DNA of 64,000 nt from Oikopleura dioica (taxonomy: Eukaryota > Animalia > Chordata). The stretch is from assembly GCA_907165135.1 (NCBI GenBank), contig OU015568.1, positions 8,866,001 to 8,930,000 on the forward strand, in the 5' to 3' direction. A model generated the notes under the pieces. It was not told the origin of the DNA. It saw only the letters and a program-made list of their open reading frames with translations, and ran no database searches. Position 1 is the first letter of the stretch. The number at the start of each line of letters is the position of its first letter. Position numbers and translations under genes: made by a program. Below, piece by piece: positions 1 to 13,900 of the stretch.

Positions 1-39
1 AAAATCACTCGCTAAACGAGGCGTCTGACCAATACCCCA

Positions 40-1016
<977 letters not shown>

Positions 1017-1716
1017 ATTTAAGTGTTCTTAATTTGCCGATACCAAGAATATGACACATTTTTACTGTGTCCTATTCTTTCATTTAACTAGCCATATTAT
1101 ACCAATTTCCTAACTCTTCATAATTCCGGACTTTCGGAAGCCTTAGTAAACTAAGAAAACGCGCACTTGAGAATCACGTTAGTGAATCACTAGAAATTCA
1201 ATGAACTGCACTGCTATTTATCTAAAAATATATTTTGAAGTGAACCTTTCTTTCTGTCTGCCTAAAAGCCATTCATTGTCAAACGCCCTTGTCTAAAGCG
1301 GGGACATCAATAATTCAAGACCCTAAAATTGTAGGTATTCCCTTTTGTACGCCAAAAAATAATCGTTCTCGTCATTTAAATTATGAGCAGAATTGACGTA
1401 TGCTCGTGCAATCATGCAGATTGTAAGTGAATATATTAATATCAAGCTACCTACAAATATTTGACCATTTCTCTATACGCGGCCTACAAAGCCTGCAATT
1501 TTCTTTTTTTTTTCTTCTTTCGATTAATAATTGCGCAGCTTGGTCGATAACCCTGCCGTCCGTGGAATACTTTCGCTGACGAAAATATTTTATTCAGTCG
1601 CGATCGGCAGAAAAGGAGCACAAGGGACAGTGTTCTGAGCCGCGATTTCTTCTAAACCTAGTTCTGCTTTAGAAATTGATCAGGCAAGAAAGTGGGAGCG
1701 GGGAGAAATAGTAGAG

Positions 1717-2504
1717 ATGGCGGCGAATAACGTAAACAGGAAAAACACGAACGAGAAAAATGGAGATATCAGTGCACTTATTAGAGGTAATCACAACACT
1801 CAGTATCTTCTTGGACGTGAAGCTGTCAACGGTTAGGGTTGTCACAGTTATTTTTTATTATTTTATCTACGAGCTCCCGCGCTAGAATTTGTTATTCAGA
1901 TGAATTATCAGTGCGATAATTTAGTAAACAATTAACTGCCACTAACTTACTTTCGTAAATATAGTGGTACTCCTCCTTGATTTCACCTAGGAGGGAGAAT
2001 AGTTTTCCTGTCAACTTCTATTGGCTACTTTTTTGCGCTAGTGTTAATATCTAAATATTATCACTTGCGAGCGCCTTGAGTTGTATCTCGTGCTTTATGC
2101 TACTGGCTTCTTTGTTCAACCCTTCTAAACGAGCTGATATTAGAAAATCAGCAGCTCACATACGAGAATAACAAGCTCCTTACCGATTTGAATATGAAAA
2201 ACATGCAGATCGCCGCCCTCAAGCGCAAAATATGGGACTCAGATAACGAGCTAAATCAGATTGTCCATGAACGGGACTGGTTCAGGTCAAAAACTAAGGA
2301 AAGATTGAAAGATATCCTCTTTATATAATCCAATATTGAGATGAATTATCGTCTCAATATGTATATAAATATCGATTAACGATTACCAATATTCATTTGA
2401 AAAATATCTTCACTCTAAAAAAGGAATTAGAAAAGGCTCTCCACCAGTCGAAGCTGACTCCAACATCGGAAAAGCGTCAAAATCCATTCTTTCAAAGTCC
2501 CTAA
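1717..2504 (+). CDS. Putative small coiled-coil protein (tentative model)
   Basis: ATG 1717 exon ends at a GT donor (1787) whose phase matches the exon from 2144 (ENQQLTYENNKLLTDLNMKNMQIAALKRKIWDSDNELNQ). A likely last exon reads KNIFTLKKELEKALHQSK..SP*. The final junction is unresolved and no homolog was recognised. Confidence 0.3.
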
Positions 2505-2781
2505 ACAACCAACAACCGCCGCTACTGTCTTTTATCTATGTTTTTTTTGCAATTTTATAAAACTTTCTTCAACCTTGTCCATTTCTTCATCTGCCAGCTA
2601 TTTCTTCAAAAATTTTGTATTTTTCTTCAACATGTTTCTTATTAAAACGCCGCTTTTATCTGTATCTCTTGTAAAAGAAAAACGCAGCATATAACCATTT
2701 GTGCAGGCTCAATACATATAAGTGTATGAAAAAGCTTCAAGAAATTAAAATAAATATATTTGCAGTATCAAGAATGATCTA

Positions 2782-4950
2782 ATGAGCAAGCGTCGTATCC
2801 AAGACTCGGATGACTCCAGGTAAGAAAACAACGAGGAGAACGCTTTTGCAGCGCTTTTTAGTGGAGAGGAGGACAATCCGAAAGTCTCAAAGTTTGCCAC
2901 TTCTGAATCTCATACCTCCGATAGCGATAACGAGTGGAACACTAATGGGAAGAACAAACGCATCAAGAAGGAAAAGCGCAACAAGCCCAAGATCGAGGAT
3001 GATTCTGACTCAGATTCCGAAGCGGTTTGAAAGAACCAACAAGAGCTTCTTACTAGCTTGTTCTTATTGTAGTCGGATGAGTTCGACGACGGGCTCGGAG
3101 ACGATCTTATCGGTGATGAAAAGGATCGAGAGCAGATCGAGGCTATGACGGAAATGGAACGAGAACAGGTTCTTTTTGCCAGAGGTGAGCGCCGAGAAGC
3201 AGAGAGGAAACGCTGGGAAATTGAAAGGAGGATCAAGCAACGAAATAAGGAAAAGAAACCGGATAGCGATGATGACGACGATTCTCCAAAACGAGCAAGA
3301 GAAAAGTCTAGCTCTCCAGAGTAAGAAGCGCAAAACAAATGTTTGAACATTAGCGTTATTGCATCCTTTAGGCCTTCTGATCCTGCTCTAGCGAGAGCAA
3401 GAAATCAAAAACGCGATCAAAACGAAGCTCTAGGCCGACTGAAGGAACAGCGCGAAAAGAAGGAGCGAGCGAAAGAGGCAAATAAAAGCTCTTCTGGGCC
3501 ACTCAACGTCGGCGATTACTTTTCATCTGATTCGGAAGGAGAGGATGAAGATGATTCACGCAATAATCTAGCTAGCTCTGATTCTGACTCTGGTAAAGAT
3601 ATTCTAGTTGCCTTTAAAGTTTAAATTTTCTCTCTAGATGATGATCGAAGACGCTCCTCGGATGACGATAAAGAAGATGAAGAGCTCGCTAGAAAACGCA
3701 AAAAAGTCGAGTCCAAAGAAGAGCTCAAGCCAGCAAAAATGTCGCGCTTCAGACTTTGCCAATGGATGCACATGCCCTGGTTCCGAAATACAAGTACAAA
3801 TCTGTCCTCTTTATGTTATCAAATTTTGTTTTAGTTGTCGGAACATATGTTCGTGTCTCTATTGGTCTTGGAGACGAGTCTGGCGCTCGATATAGAATCG
3901 CAGAAATAAAGGATACTGGAGAAAGCTCGAAAACTTATAAACTAGGTTCGTTAGCCTCCTCAATGAATCCTCTGTTGACCGGTTTTAGACCCTGGTGATC
4001 CAAAAGCAACGAAAATCCAAACAAACAAAACTCTTCTCCTGAGGATAGGCAACTCTGACCGTCCCTTCAGAATGTGCTTCATTTCAAATAGCGACTGGTC
4101 TGATACGTAAGTAGAAATTACCTGACGAGAACTGACCGTTGAAACTTTCAGCGAGTTCGATTTCTGGAAGAAACACTGTCTAAAGAGCGGGCTGCCAACA
4201 GTCGGAGAAATCGAAAAGAAGCAAAAAGAGCTCGAGAGAATGAAAAAACATGTTATCACTGATAGAGAGGTAGACACAATGGTCAAAGAAAAGGCTAAAC
4301 ATAGAACAAATCCAATTAACTTTGCGCTACAAAAAACAACACTGCTCAAAATGCGAGATGCCGCGGAGACGGCTGGTAACATAGAAGAAGTCGCTAGTAT
4401 TCAATCGTATGTTGCCTCACATATAAAGTGAAGTAAAATTCATTTTATAGTAAACTAGAAGAAATTGAAAAGAAGGCAAATAAACTGAATCGCGATCGGC
4501 AAGTCGACATTGCTGGTATAACGGAAATCAACGAGCGTAGTCGGAGGAAGATTAGAGGCATGGAAAGTGTCTGCGAAAAAGAATGGGCCAAGTTCAGAAA
4601 TAACGACAAAGTAGATCCGTTCACAAGGCGGACAACTGCCCCTATTCTCGGTAACTCCCCTTCTTCGATCTCATTTCTATTTTTTGTCAGTTTCAAATAC
4701 GACACAGGACAACAAGGTCCAAATCAAAAACCTACTCGCCGAGCGTTATACCACCGACATCGACATGCACTACGAATCACTAACCTTCTCGGGCGGCAAA
4801 GGTGACAAAAAGGAGGAAGAAGCCGAAGACGAGAAGAAAAAGCCCGAAGTAGCTCCCGACGATTTGTACTCTGCCCACGATTTCGACATTGATATCGATA
4901 TTGACCTGCCAACATCCACTTTTCCATCTGCAACCTATCCCCCTGTTTGA
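2782..4950 (+). CDS. RTF1: RNA polymerase II-associated protein RTF1 (PAF1 complex, Plus3 domain)
   Basis: Exons give DEFDDGLGDDLIGDEKDREQIEAMTEMEREQVLF (HMD), Plus3 motifs GTYVRVSIG..YRIAEI and LLLRIGNSDRPFRMCFISNS, NPINFALQKTTL, DPFTRRTTAP and DLYSAHDFDIDIDI. Confidence 0.93.
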
Positions 4951-5098
4951 GAACCAAAAAGTAAAGATAAAAATTGCCATTCACAATTTCATATCCAAAA
5001 AATATGTTACTTTCCCTTTGCTTTATAAACTCCTAAACTAAAATACACCAAGCAAATGTTCAACATGAATTTTAGTCTATTAACTCCTTTTCTTTCAG

Positions 5099-5760
5099 AT
5101 GGGAGGACACAAGGTCTACCACTCCGAAGTCGACGATGGAGGAAACCAGTACAACTGGTTCCTGAAGGTTAAATAATTGTACTTTCTTTTGATCTAATTT
5201 TTGATTCAGGAATACAAACCTCCAACCCAGTGGCCAAACAGCATCGACACCACTCATCCCACTCACGACCGAACTCCCAAGGGCGGTTGGTTCCCCTATG
5301 GTGTCCCATTTGGTGCCGATATCTGGAAGATCTGGGGTACTGAAGGTCTTGTTAAGCGACCAGCGAAGGTTTCCCGGGCTCAGCGAGCCGAGGCCAAGCT
5401 TAACACTTACTGGGTAACTCGATAAGTTCTTGAATTCGCGCTCAAGTTCATTATTTAGCAAGCTCCACCAGATCACTGCCAGGAGTTTTACATGAACTTC
5501 CAGAAGTGCCTCCGCGACAAGCAGCAATACTACAACCACATTTTCGCCGATGTTCCAGGCAAAGGTGGCACCAAGTCCGGCGATTGCGGAATCTTCATGG
5601 CCCAGGTCAACGACTGCTGGCTCAACGAGCAAGTCGTTGGTGTTGCTCTCCACGAACGAGTCAAGTGAGTACAATTTGTTCAAGGCCGTGTTTTCACACG
5701 AAATTTAGGCGAATCCAAGATCATATGAATATCGATTATCTGCCGAAAGGATGGTTCTAG
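5099..5760 (+). CDS. Twin CX9C (CHCH-fold) mitochondrial intermembrane-space protein, possibly a complex I accessory subunit (NDUFS5/NDUFB7-like)
   Basis: TTTCAG|ATG at 5099; four exons with GT-AG introns; motifs CQEFYMNFQKC and CGIFMAQVNDC (both C-X9-C); N-terminal MGGH. Orthology not resolved. Confidence 0.6.
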
Positions 5761-5967
5761 GAAGCCTGTTACACTATCTGATATCTCTGTTCAATAATTT
5801 ATTTATTCTCGGCTTATAAATCTTAAGTTCCTACGAAAAAACGGCAGTGCCGAAAGATTCATTTTGATATTCCTAGTTGATATCAGAATTTATCAGTGTA
5901 TATTTTTCTGAATAATTTATTAAAATGATATTTTTTGTACAGGCCTTTATGAAAGCAGTATAAATAA

Positions 5968-7764
5968 TTATTTAAGAAGGGCTTTAGCATCTTCATCTTC
6001 GTCCTCGCGCTCCTTCTTTTCTAGGGTTGACTACATTTGACAAACCAATTGAATTAGTACAGTCAAAAAGTAGCGAGGTAATCTTGTAATGGAACTACTG
6101 GCAACCTTCCTTGAGCGATTCCCAGTATCGGAAAAGTGGTAATGAAGTTGTCCCGAGTAAAACAAAAATAACTGCGGCGATTTCCAATCCAGACGGGAGC
6201 GTTTTAATCACCAAATGTTCTAATGTTACCGAAACTGACCTCGTTGTCAAAATCAAATTCTTTGCATACAAATATGCTTCTTATGTCGAAGCTTTTTGCG
6301 AACGAATCCTATGATGTCAGTATTCTGTGCGACAGAAGCGAGTCCAGGGTTGATATACTGAATAATTTCTTAGTGTTTTTTCAGACTGCAAAGTTTTCAA
6401 GTTTTCGACCACAGTGGTGTTTAAATTATTACTGGGGCTGAGCTGGCCACTCGGTGTGTTTCCAAGTGCCCGGTGAAACTTTAAAAATTAAGGACAAACA
6501 CAGCTTACAATGTACCACTAACCTGTAGGGACCAATTGCTGCAGAAAGTAGCGATAGTCGCCGAACAACAAGCACCAACCAAGTAAACCCAGCCAGATGA
6601 GGTTTTCGGTAAACTGAAGCTTTCAAACTCGACTAAACTCGATTTTACTAAGAAATGCATTTAACTTGTCTTACGCATAATCGGAATGACGGCGATTACA
6701 GTCATCACAGAGTGCACAAGCACGATCGTGACTGGATCGATCTCGACTAAAATATTTATCGTTTTAAGACTTTTGGACCCTAAAACGAAGAAATAGGCAA
6801 TTAGTTCAGATCAGATGATTTGACAGCCTGGTTCTCAGAACGTTCTGCGAATACCTTTAATTTTCCGATACATCGTCATTCCAATACTTCTTGAAAGCCC
6901 AGCGACGGCGCAAAGACCGAAGCCTAGACCTGTGATGACATTTTGAGGAAGAGAAGATCTATGACAGTAATTGATTTTCAAAAGTCTGCCATATGATAAC
7001 TACCCATTATTGACATCCATGTTCCTAGTCATCGAATCGCCAGCGTAGAAAATCAATCCGATCGTACAGAAAACGACCTAACGATCATGCTCAATCATAA
7101 TGTCTCGTTGATTTATGTAATTGACTTACGGAGAATATCTCCAACTTGAGAATCTTTTCTTTCAAGCAAAAGAAAGAAAGCAAAATCGCAAAGAATGTCC
7201 GAGTGGAGCATCTTGTACCAAGCGCCGCTCCTGGGGCAATCATCGTGAAGGCTTGAAAACTTGCCATGGTCGCGACAATATAGCACAAGGCGATTGAGAA
7301 AACCCTTATTTGATATCCTGAAAAATGTTACCCAAGAGTTCATGAGCTAATTATAGGTGATTAATGATAGTGAACCTTCTGGCGGAACCATATGAACATT
7401 TTTGATTAATGCTGCCGGAAGAAATATTAACGACTTTTACCGGGGTCGACATCGCTTTTCATCTGTCAAAATAATTTATGATAATTGCAGCCACGAATTG
7501 ACATGTTTATGAAGAACACTATTAACCCCAGTCTGAAAGGCAGAGCGGAAAAATAGCGATTCCATAGCATTGATCGGTGGATCCTGAGCAGGCTCATAAT
7601 ATGCATGTTGGAATCACGGTAAGATAGATAAATTTATGAATCTGTTCCTGTTGAGCAAGTTGATTGACGAAAACAGACTGACAGCCGTACCCAACTCCAG
7701 CACCAAGTAACGCGATTGAAAGCCCTTTTGCAGTGGCGATCCATTTTGAGCGTTCAACCGTCAT
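5968..7764 (-). CDS. EamA/DMT-family transporter, SLC35G-like (multi-exon)
   Basis: Minus-strand exons: GLSIALLGAGVGYGCQSVFV, NAMESLFFRSAFQ, TFFAILLSFFCLKEKILKLEIF, GLGFGLCAVAG, WVYLVGACC..NWSLQ, NPGLASVAQNTDII, LPSGLEIAAVIFVLLG. The many hydrophobic helices follow SLC35G1 spacing. Confidence 0.75.
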
Positions 7765-8532
7765 TTCCCTCGATTTTTCGCGGTTGAAATCAAAAATCGC
7801 TGATCGTGATTGTTTAACTCAAATAGAGAAATCCAACTTACAGTTTGCAAGAAATCTATAATTCTCCCCGACCATGCATTTTTCGCCGATTGGGGACAGA
7901 ATCTCAGAATAATCTTCATCTTCTTTTAACGAGTTCAAACTCTACCTATTTCCATCCCTTCTTGATAAAATGCTTCAGATTCAGAGTTCATAAAGCGATG
8001 ACCATAAAATGCGCTTATTTTTAAATCAATCTTGATAAATGACAATTATGCTACGCGACAAAAAAGTACGAATTCTTAACAATGATTAATGAGGAATTTA
8101 TTCCCACAGTCAAATAATCATATTTTTTGGTCATCCCAAGTTCTGATACGAAACCGACATTTCCACAAATTCTCTATTTTCAAGTTCAGGTGAAAAATTC
8201 ATCGCCGTGTTTTTACTTTTCCTCGTTTGATCCCGGTCCTGAGCTCATGTCAATCATAATCGCGAAATCGTTTTCTCTCCCCAGAGAATATAAAATCCAA
8301 TCAACTCAAGTAAAGAAGGCTTTGTTTATAGAACTTCAAGGTTGCAGAAGTTTCACGTAGCTGCTTGATTTAAGCGCCTGCAGATATATTCTTCTGACTC
8401 AGACAAAGATCGCTTCAGGATAAAACCGAAACTATAGTGCTCACTCTAGCGGCGAGGTCTCCTCTTATTTAATATTTCACACCTAATAGGTGGACAATTT
8501 CCTTTCTTCTCCTGAAATATGCAGGCGGTACA

Positions 8533-9826
8533 TGATATCCTTAGGGAACAACGCCTCAAGCAACACAAAAAATTTATTTCACGGCCAAATATTTACGTCA
8601 ATTCGGTTCTACGTTAGTTTAAATTTGTCTTGTCAGCTTGGTATCACCAAATTGATCAGACATTTTTCCAAAAATCATTTCACGATATTCTTCTCAAAAT
8701 GAAAAGATGGTCAGTTTTTACGAGCCAGATTGACCCAAAATTGTGTTATCATCATGTCATCTCTTTACGATTTCTACTTTTATCATTGGAATGCTCATAT
8801 GCTCTCATCATAATCAACGGGTCGGAAATTAATTAAGGGTTTATTCAGTCTAGGATTAATGTGTATGTACGCATACTTTGGAAAAAATCTTAATTTGTTT
8901 CTGACTATTCTAGTGCGATCTGACGTCCATTCATCAAATATATGCAATTCGCAAAACCGCATGTTTAATCTATTTATTGATATTTCTTATCATTGCTTTG
9001 CGATTTTAAAAGTTCGATTATTGACAGTTCATACGATTCAACTTCTACAACAAGATAGCCGTCAACACCTTCTTCAACAACAACTACTCCAACGAGCCGA
9101 TAAACCGTCGTATCATCTCGGTGCCGTGGGGTCGGACAAACTCTCTGTCAGTGCGTCCGCTTGTCGCAAACTAGCTCATCCGTAAGAGAAGATACGGTGC
9201 GAACCGCGACAGTAACTTCCCCCCGGGTATGTTCCTTGGAATTTGCTTCTTCTATGATTTCAATTTTGATAAATTTATTTTATAAAATCCTGACCAAATT
9301 TTATTCAATTTATTTGTTAAAATTTTGTACATATTCTTTTTCTTTTCTCATCCTTTTTTATATTTCAATCCTAATTAACAGTCACTTCTACGGTCACATA
9401 GTGAGAAGTTTTAGTGGCTGTTATTATTTTCTGCTTTTTATTATCAAAAAAATTAATTTGCGTTTTATCTCGTCACGCGCGGCGCCGGCTTCAAAATCCT
9501 TTGAAAATAACTTGCTTGGCAAGTTCGACCAGCTCATCATCCGAAAAGAAATCGATCCGAAAGGATTTCCCGCAAGAAAAACCGCTAAAGAAAGCCACGG
9601 GCTCTCTTCCTTGTTTTCAAAAGAAAAATTGTTTTTCAAAAACAACCGCTTGTTCAAAAACACTGATTGAATCTCGCTGCTATTTAACCCCGCGTCGCGC
9701 CTTTTTCCGGCATTCAAATCACAAATAAAACCACGCAAATTTTAAATTTGATTCTCGTTATTTTCGCTTGGCATTCTAGAGTTAGAGATCGAGCAAAATT
9801 CCTGCAGGACAGCCGCTTCCGTATCA
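8533..9826 (+). repeat. 5' LTR (1294 bp)
   Basis: Direct repeat of 15439-16732. By eye the copies differ only by two 1-nt homopolymer indels (C6/C5 near 9220, A7/A8 near 9450). AATAAA near 9724. Confidence 0.97.
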
Positions 9827-10935
9827 TGGTGACTCCAACTCCTGAAGAGGTACTGTACAAGAGTCATGCGCTTTTTTCGGTTTCCCCAAATCAGATGATA
9901 AGATTAGGAATGAGAAATTTTGAATTTAATTTGATTAACTCTTCAATCAAAGACAAATTACAGCGAGCAAAATGGATTTTTGAGAAATCTCTCGCCGAAA
10001 ACAAACCCGAAAACAAAGAGGACCTCGAGGCTCAATTTTCGCGCCTGTCAAGTTCTTTTGTTTATAATTCATGCGAGCCAGAATTTCTTAGGGAATACGG
10101 GGAAGATCTTTACGGATTTGAATCAGCTGAGGAAAAATTGTCATTTTTGACGTCTGTTTTTGGCGACGAATCGCCTGAGGAAAAAATCCTTCGGAACAAA
10201 GAAAAAATGGAAAATCTCGCTCGTAAGAGCGAGAATAATGAAAAGTTCGAGATTTTTTTGTCACGTGTAAAAACGGTTGCGGAGAAAATAACGCAGAAAC
10301 CGGACGCGAGAGAATACATTATCGACGCGCAATTTAGAAAATCGCTCACGCCCGAACTGCAGAATTTTCTTCGCGATCAGTGTATGCTTGAAAAAACCCC
10401 CGAGGAAATTTCCAAATTTCTTGACAAAAGAAAACGAAATGAGACTATCCCCAAAATTGCCCAAATCGAAATTGACGCGAAACTTGGCTCGTTCTTCCAG
10501 TCGACTTCTGACTTAATTTCGAAATCGACAATGTCCTTCGAAGATCAAATTGCTCAATTGAAAATTGAACAGAAAAAATCAGAAGAGGCGGCGGAAAAAC
10601 GGGCATGTGCGCTTCATGATCAAATCGAAAAGCTAACGGCGACAATTGCAAAATTGGAAGTTGATCGCCGCAACGATCAGAGTTTGACGCGTCAAAATGA
10701 CCAGCAACGGAATTTTCAAAGTCGAAATTTGGGCGCGCCAAACTCAGATCGGCCAAGGCCTCGACGATTTTGTGGATTTTGTAACACAGACACTCATTTC
10801 AGATCGCATTGCCCCTTTATAACCTGTCATTTTTGTCAGAAAAAAGGCCACATGAAAACGGCTTGTCCCGATAATCCCGACAGAATTTACAGAGCTGCTC
10901 GGGTCGAGGGAGAAGAAACTTCAAAAAACGAGTAA
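9826..10935 (+). CDS. gag: Retrotransposon Gag with two CCHC zinc knuckles
   Basis: ORF with CGFCNTDTHFRSHC and CHFCQKKGHMKTAC (CX2CX4HX4C). The first ATG, at 9826, straddles the LTR/PBS junction. Confidence 0.92.
   Translation: MVTPTPEEVLYKSHALFSVSPNQMIRLGMRNFEFNLINSSIKDKLQRAKWIFEKSLAENKPENKEDLEAQFSRLSSSFVYNSCEPEFLREYGEDLYGFESAEEKLSFLTSVFGDESPEEKILRNKEKMENLARKSENNEKFEIFLSRVKTVAEKITQKPDAREYIIDAQFRKSLTPELQNFLRDQCMLEKTPEEISKFLDKRKRNETIPKIAQIEIDAKLGSFFQSTSDLISKSTMSFEDQIAQLKIEQKKSEEAAEKRACALHDQIEKLTATIAKLEVDRRNDQSLTRQNDQQRNFQSRNLGAPNSDRPRPRRFCGFCNTDTHFRSHCPFITCHFCQKKGHMKTACPDNPDRIYRAARVEGEETSKNE
9827..9839 (+). promoter_or_regulatory. Primer-binding site, probably tRNA-Trp
   Basis: TGGTGACTCCAAC abuts the LTR end and matches the usual eukaryotic tRNA-Trp PBS TGGTGACCCCGAC at 11/13 positions (one difference is a G-U wobble). 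Confidence 0.7.
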
Positions 10936-10969
10936 ACGGAACTGAAAGCCCTGGTCAGGCACCAGTTCC
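10923..10969 (+). promoter_or_regulatory. -1 programmed ribosomal frameshift signal
   Basis: A_AAA_AAC heptamer in the gag frame (10923-10929), 8-nt spacer, then stem GGAACTG/CAGTTCC (10938-10969) with an inner GCCCTG/CAGGC stem. pol is in the -1 frame and open from 10875. Confidence 0.85.
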
Positions 10970-13900
10970 AAGGACTTGTTCAATTTTTCGCATTGGATTA
11001 CAATATTTTGTAGAAATGACAATTTTTTCAAAGAAAATAAAAATGCTCGTCGATTCAGGTTCCCAACTTAATCTTTTGCCCAAATCATTTATTCCCGATA
11101 ATGTTAAAATTCATGCCCCTGATATTTTTGCTAAAAATTATGGTGGAGGAAGTATTGAAATTCTTGGTTATGTTGAATGTGATTTTTATGTTAAAACGGA
11201 AAAATGGGGTAAATCGCGATTTTACATTGTAAATGACAATTGTGAGGCAATTCTCGGTTCGGAAGCACTCAAATCGAATGAAATAATGATCAATCTTCAT
11301 CGTAATCGTCTATTAAAATCTGGTCCCATCGAGCGAATGGCGAGTTTATGTAATAATTCATCAAAAAGCCCAAAAGTTAATAACATTGAGCATGACAGTT
11401 TTTATGCCGTTTCTGATCAAAATTACACATTTAGAGGCAAAAGTGAGCAAATAATCGATTTGAGGATTCCTCATTTAAAAAGATCAATGAACCTTTTTTT
11501 AGAAAAAAGCCAGCTCAAAAATTCGAAGCTCGAATTAATAGAATCATTTCAGAGAGTTGATCCCGAGAATCCATTTTTTCGTATTCTTGTAATAAATCCC
11601 TTGAATTCTACAGTTAAAATTCCTGCTGGCACGGCCTTTGCACAACTGGCGGAAATAGCTGAGATCGCAAGCATAAAGTCCTCAAAAAAAGATCTGAATT
11701 TTCTTCTTTCGCGCTTGAAAATAGGCGATCTATCGAAAAGCAATCAGCCAGTATTTTTTGGTCTTCTTGGTATGTACACCCATTTATTTCAAGATGAGGA
11801 CGATGATTTGCCTGTCTCGAACCTTGAAAAATTTTCGATTGAATTGGAAACTGATCGCCCAATTTGTAGCAACATGTACAGAACGCCATACGCCTTGCGG
11901 GGAGTAATGTCCGGTACTCTTTCCTCCTACCTTCGGCAAGACATGATAATGCGAATTAATTCACCATATAATAGCCCTGCGTTACTCGTAAGAAAAAGAA
12001 ATGGAACATTCAGATTATGTATTGATTACAGAAAATTAAATTCATTTACGCTTCAGCAGCATCATCCGTTGCAACAAATTGAGGACGTTTTAGGGTTTTT
12101 AGAAAATAGCCTTATTTTTTCTTGTGTGGATTTGCGCAAAGGGTTTCATCAGTGCCTCGTGGATAAGGAATCGCGAGAGAAACTAGCTTTTTCGACTGAA
12201 GACGGACAATTCACTTGGAAAAGACTTCCAATGGGTCTTAAAAATGCCCCTATTCATTTCGCAAAATGCATGGATGTTATTTTACGAGACACGCCAAAAA
12301 CTGAAATTTGCGCATATCTTGACGATTTAGTTGTCCATTCAAGAACAGAAGAAGAACACCTAGCCAATTTAACTAAATTTTTTCAAATTTTAGATCAAAA
12401 TAATCTGCGAATAAATATTGATAAAGCGAGTTTCTTTGAGCGTAAAGCATGCATTTTGGGTTTTGAAATTTTCAACGGGAGAATACGGCCATCACAGGAC
12501 AAAATCGAAGCGGTTAAAAATCTTTCTATTCCAAGAAACCGTGAGGAGGCACAATCACTTTTTGGACTTCTTTCGCAGCACAGAAAATTTATTAAAAATT
12601 TCGCACCCCTCGGAGTGGAAATTTCAAAAACGTACAGAGGTTCATTTTGTTGGACAAAAGAGGCAACGATTTCACTTGAAAAGCTCAAAAGTATCATCTG
12701 TCATAACACTCTTGAGCTTAAAATTCCCCCACTAAATGACGGAGTTTTTGTACTTGAGACTGACGCATCAAATCATAGTCTCGGTGGAGTTCTTTATCTT
12801 TGCGCGGAGCGAAATAAAAATCACCATCATTCGCATAAGTGCCTGCAACCGATAGCTTACCACTCGCTTAATTTTACGCCGGCACAACAGAAATACGGGA
12901 CATTGGAAAAAGAGCTTTATAGTGGGAAAACATGTATGGAACGATGGAGGGCTTATCTTGCTTATGTCGATTTTCTTTGGATCACTGATAATTCTTGTGT
13001 AAAATACGCTCAATCCTTCAAGACAAGTAATTTAAAAATTCAGAGATGGTTTACGGAGCTTCAAGGCTTTTCGTTTCGAATTGAACAAAGAAAGACTCAT
13101 CAAATGAAAATCAGTGATTGCCTTAGTCGTAATACTTTAAATTGTTCAATCAATCAAATAAAATTTACCCCTGAATCATTTGTAGAGTTTCAAAAATCTG
13201 ACCGAGTATTATCACAAGTTAGACGTTTTGTAAGTATTGATAGATGGCCAAATAACCCACCAAGTGAGCTTTACCCATTCTTTTTACGTAGACCTGACCT
13301 TGAAATCCTTGAATCCGGGGAACTAGCTATAAATTCTCCAGCGAATCAAAAAAGATTTTGCGTCCCCGAGGCATTGACCGAAACAATTTGCAGCGAATAT
13401 CATGATCACTCTCATTTTGGAATCGATATAACAGCCGAAAAAATTTCTAGGAAGTATTTTTGGCCGGGATTAAAAAATACGGTCGCGAGCTTTATAAGAT
13501 CATGTCACAAATGTCAAATTTCAAAACCAAATCTACAGCCTAACAAACCTCCTCTAGGTAAATCTGAAACACCAAGCGGCCCTTTTGAAATTTTGTACTT
13601 CGATTTAATCGGTCCACTTCAAGAAACTGATTTTGGTCATAAATATGTTATGGTGGTTATTGACGGTTTTAGCAAGAAAGTTTATGCGGAGCCCTTATCT
13701 TCTAAAAAATCGGACTATTTACTGCAAAAATTCCGGAGCGTTTTATTTAGAAATCCAAAATTTCCAAAATATATGGTTTTAGATAACGCCAAAGAACACG
13801 TTCTGATTGAGAAATTTTTGAAAGAAAATAAAATTGGGGTGCATTATATTCCCCCGCGTCATCCCCAATCTAACGGGCAAGTTGAAAACGTCAATAGAAC

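Noticed and set aside
5072-5683. 203-aa minus-strand ORF
   Set aside because: Antisense shadow of the C-ending-codon CX9C gene; it starts at TTG and reads through that gene's introns.
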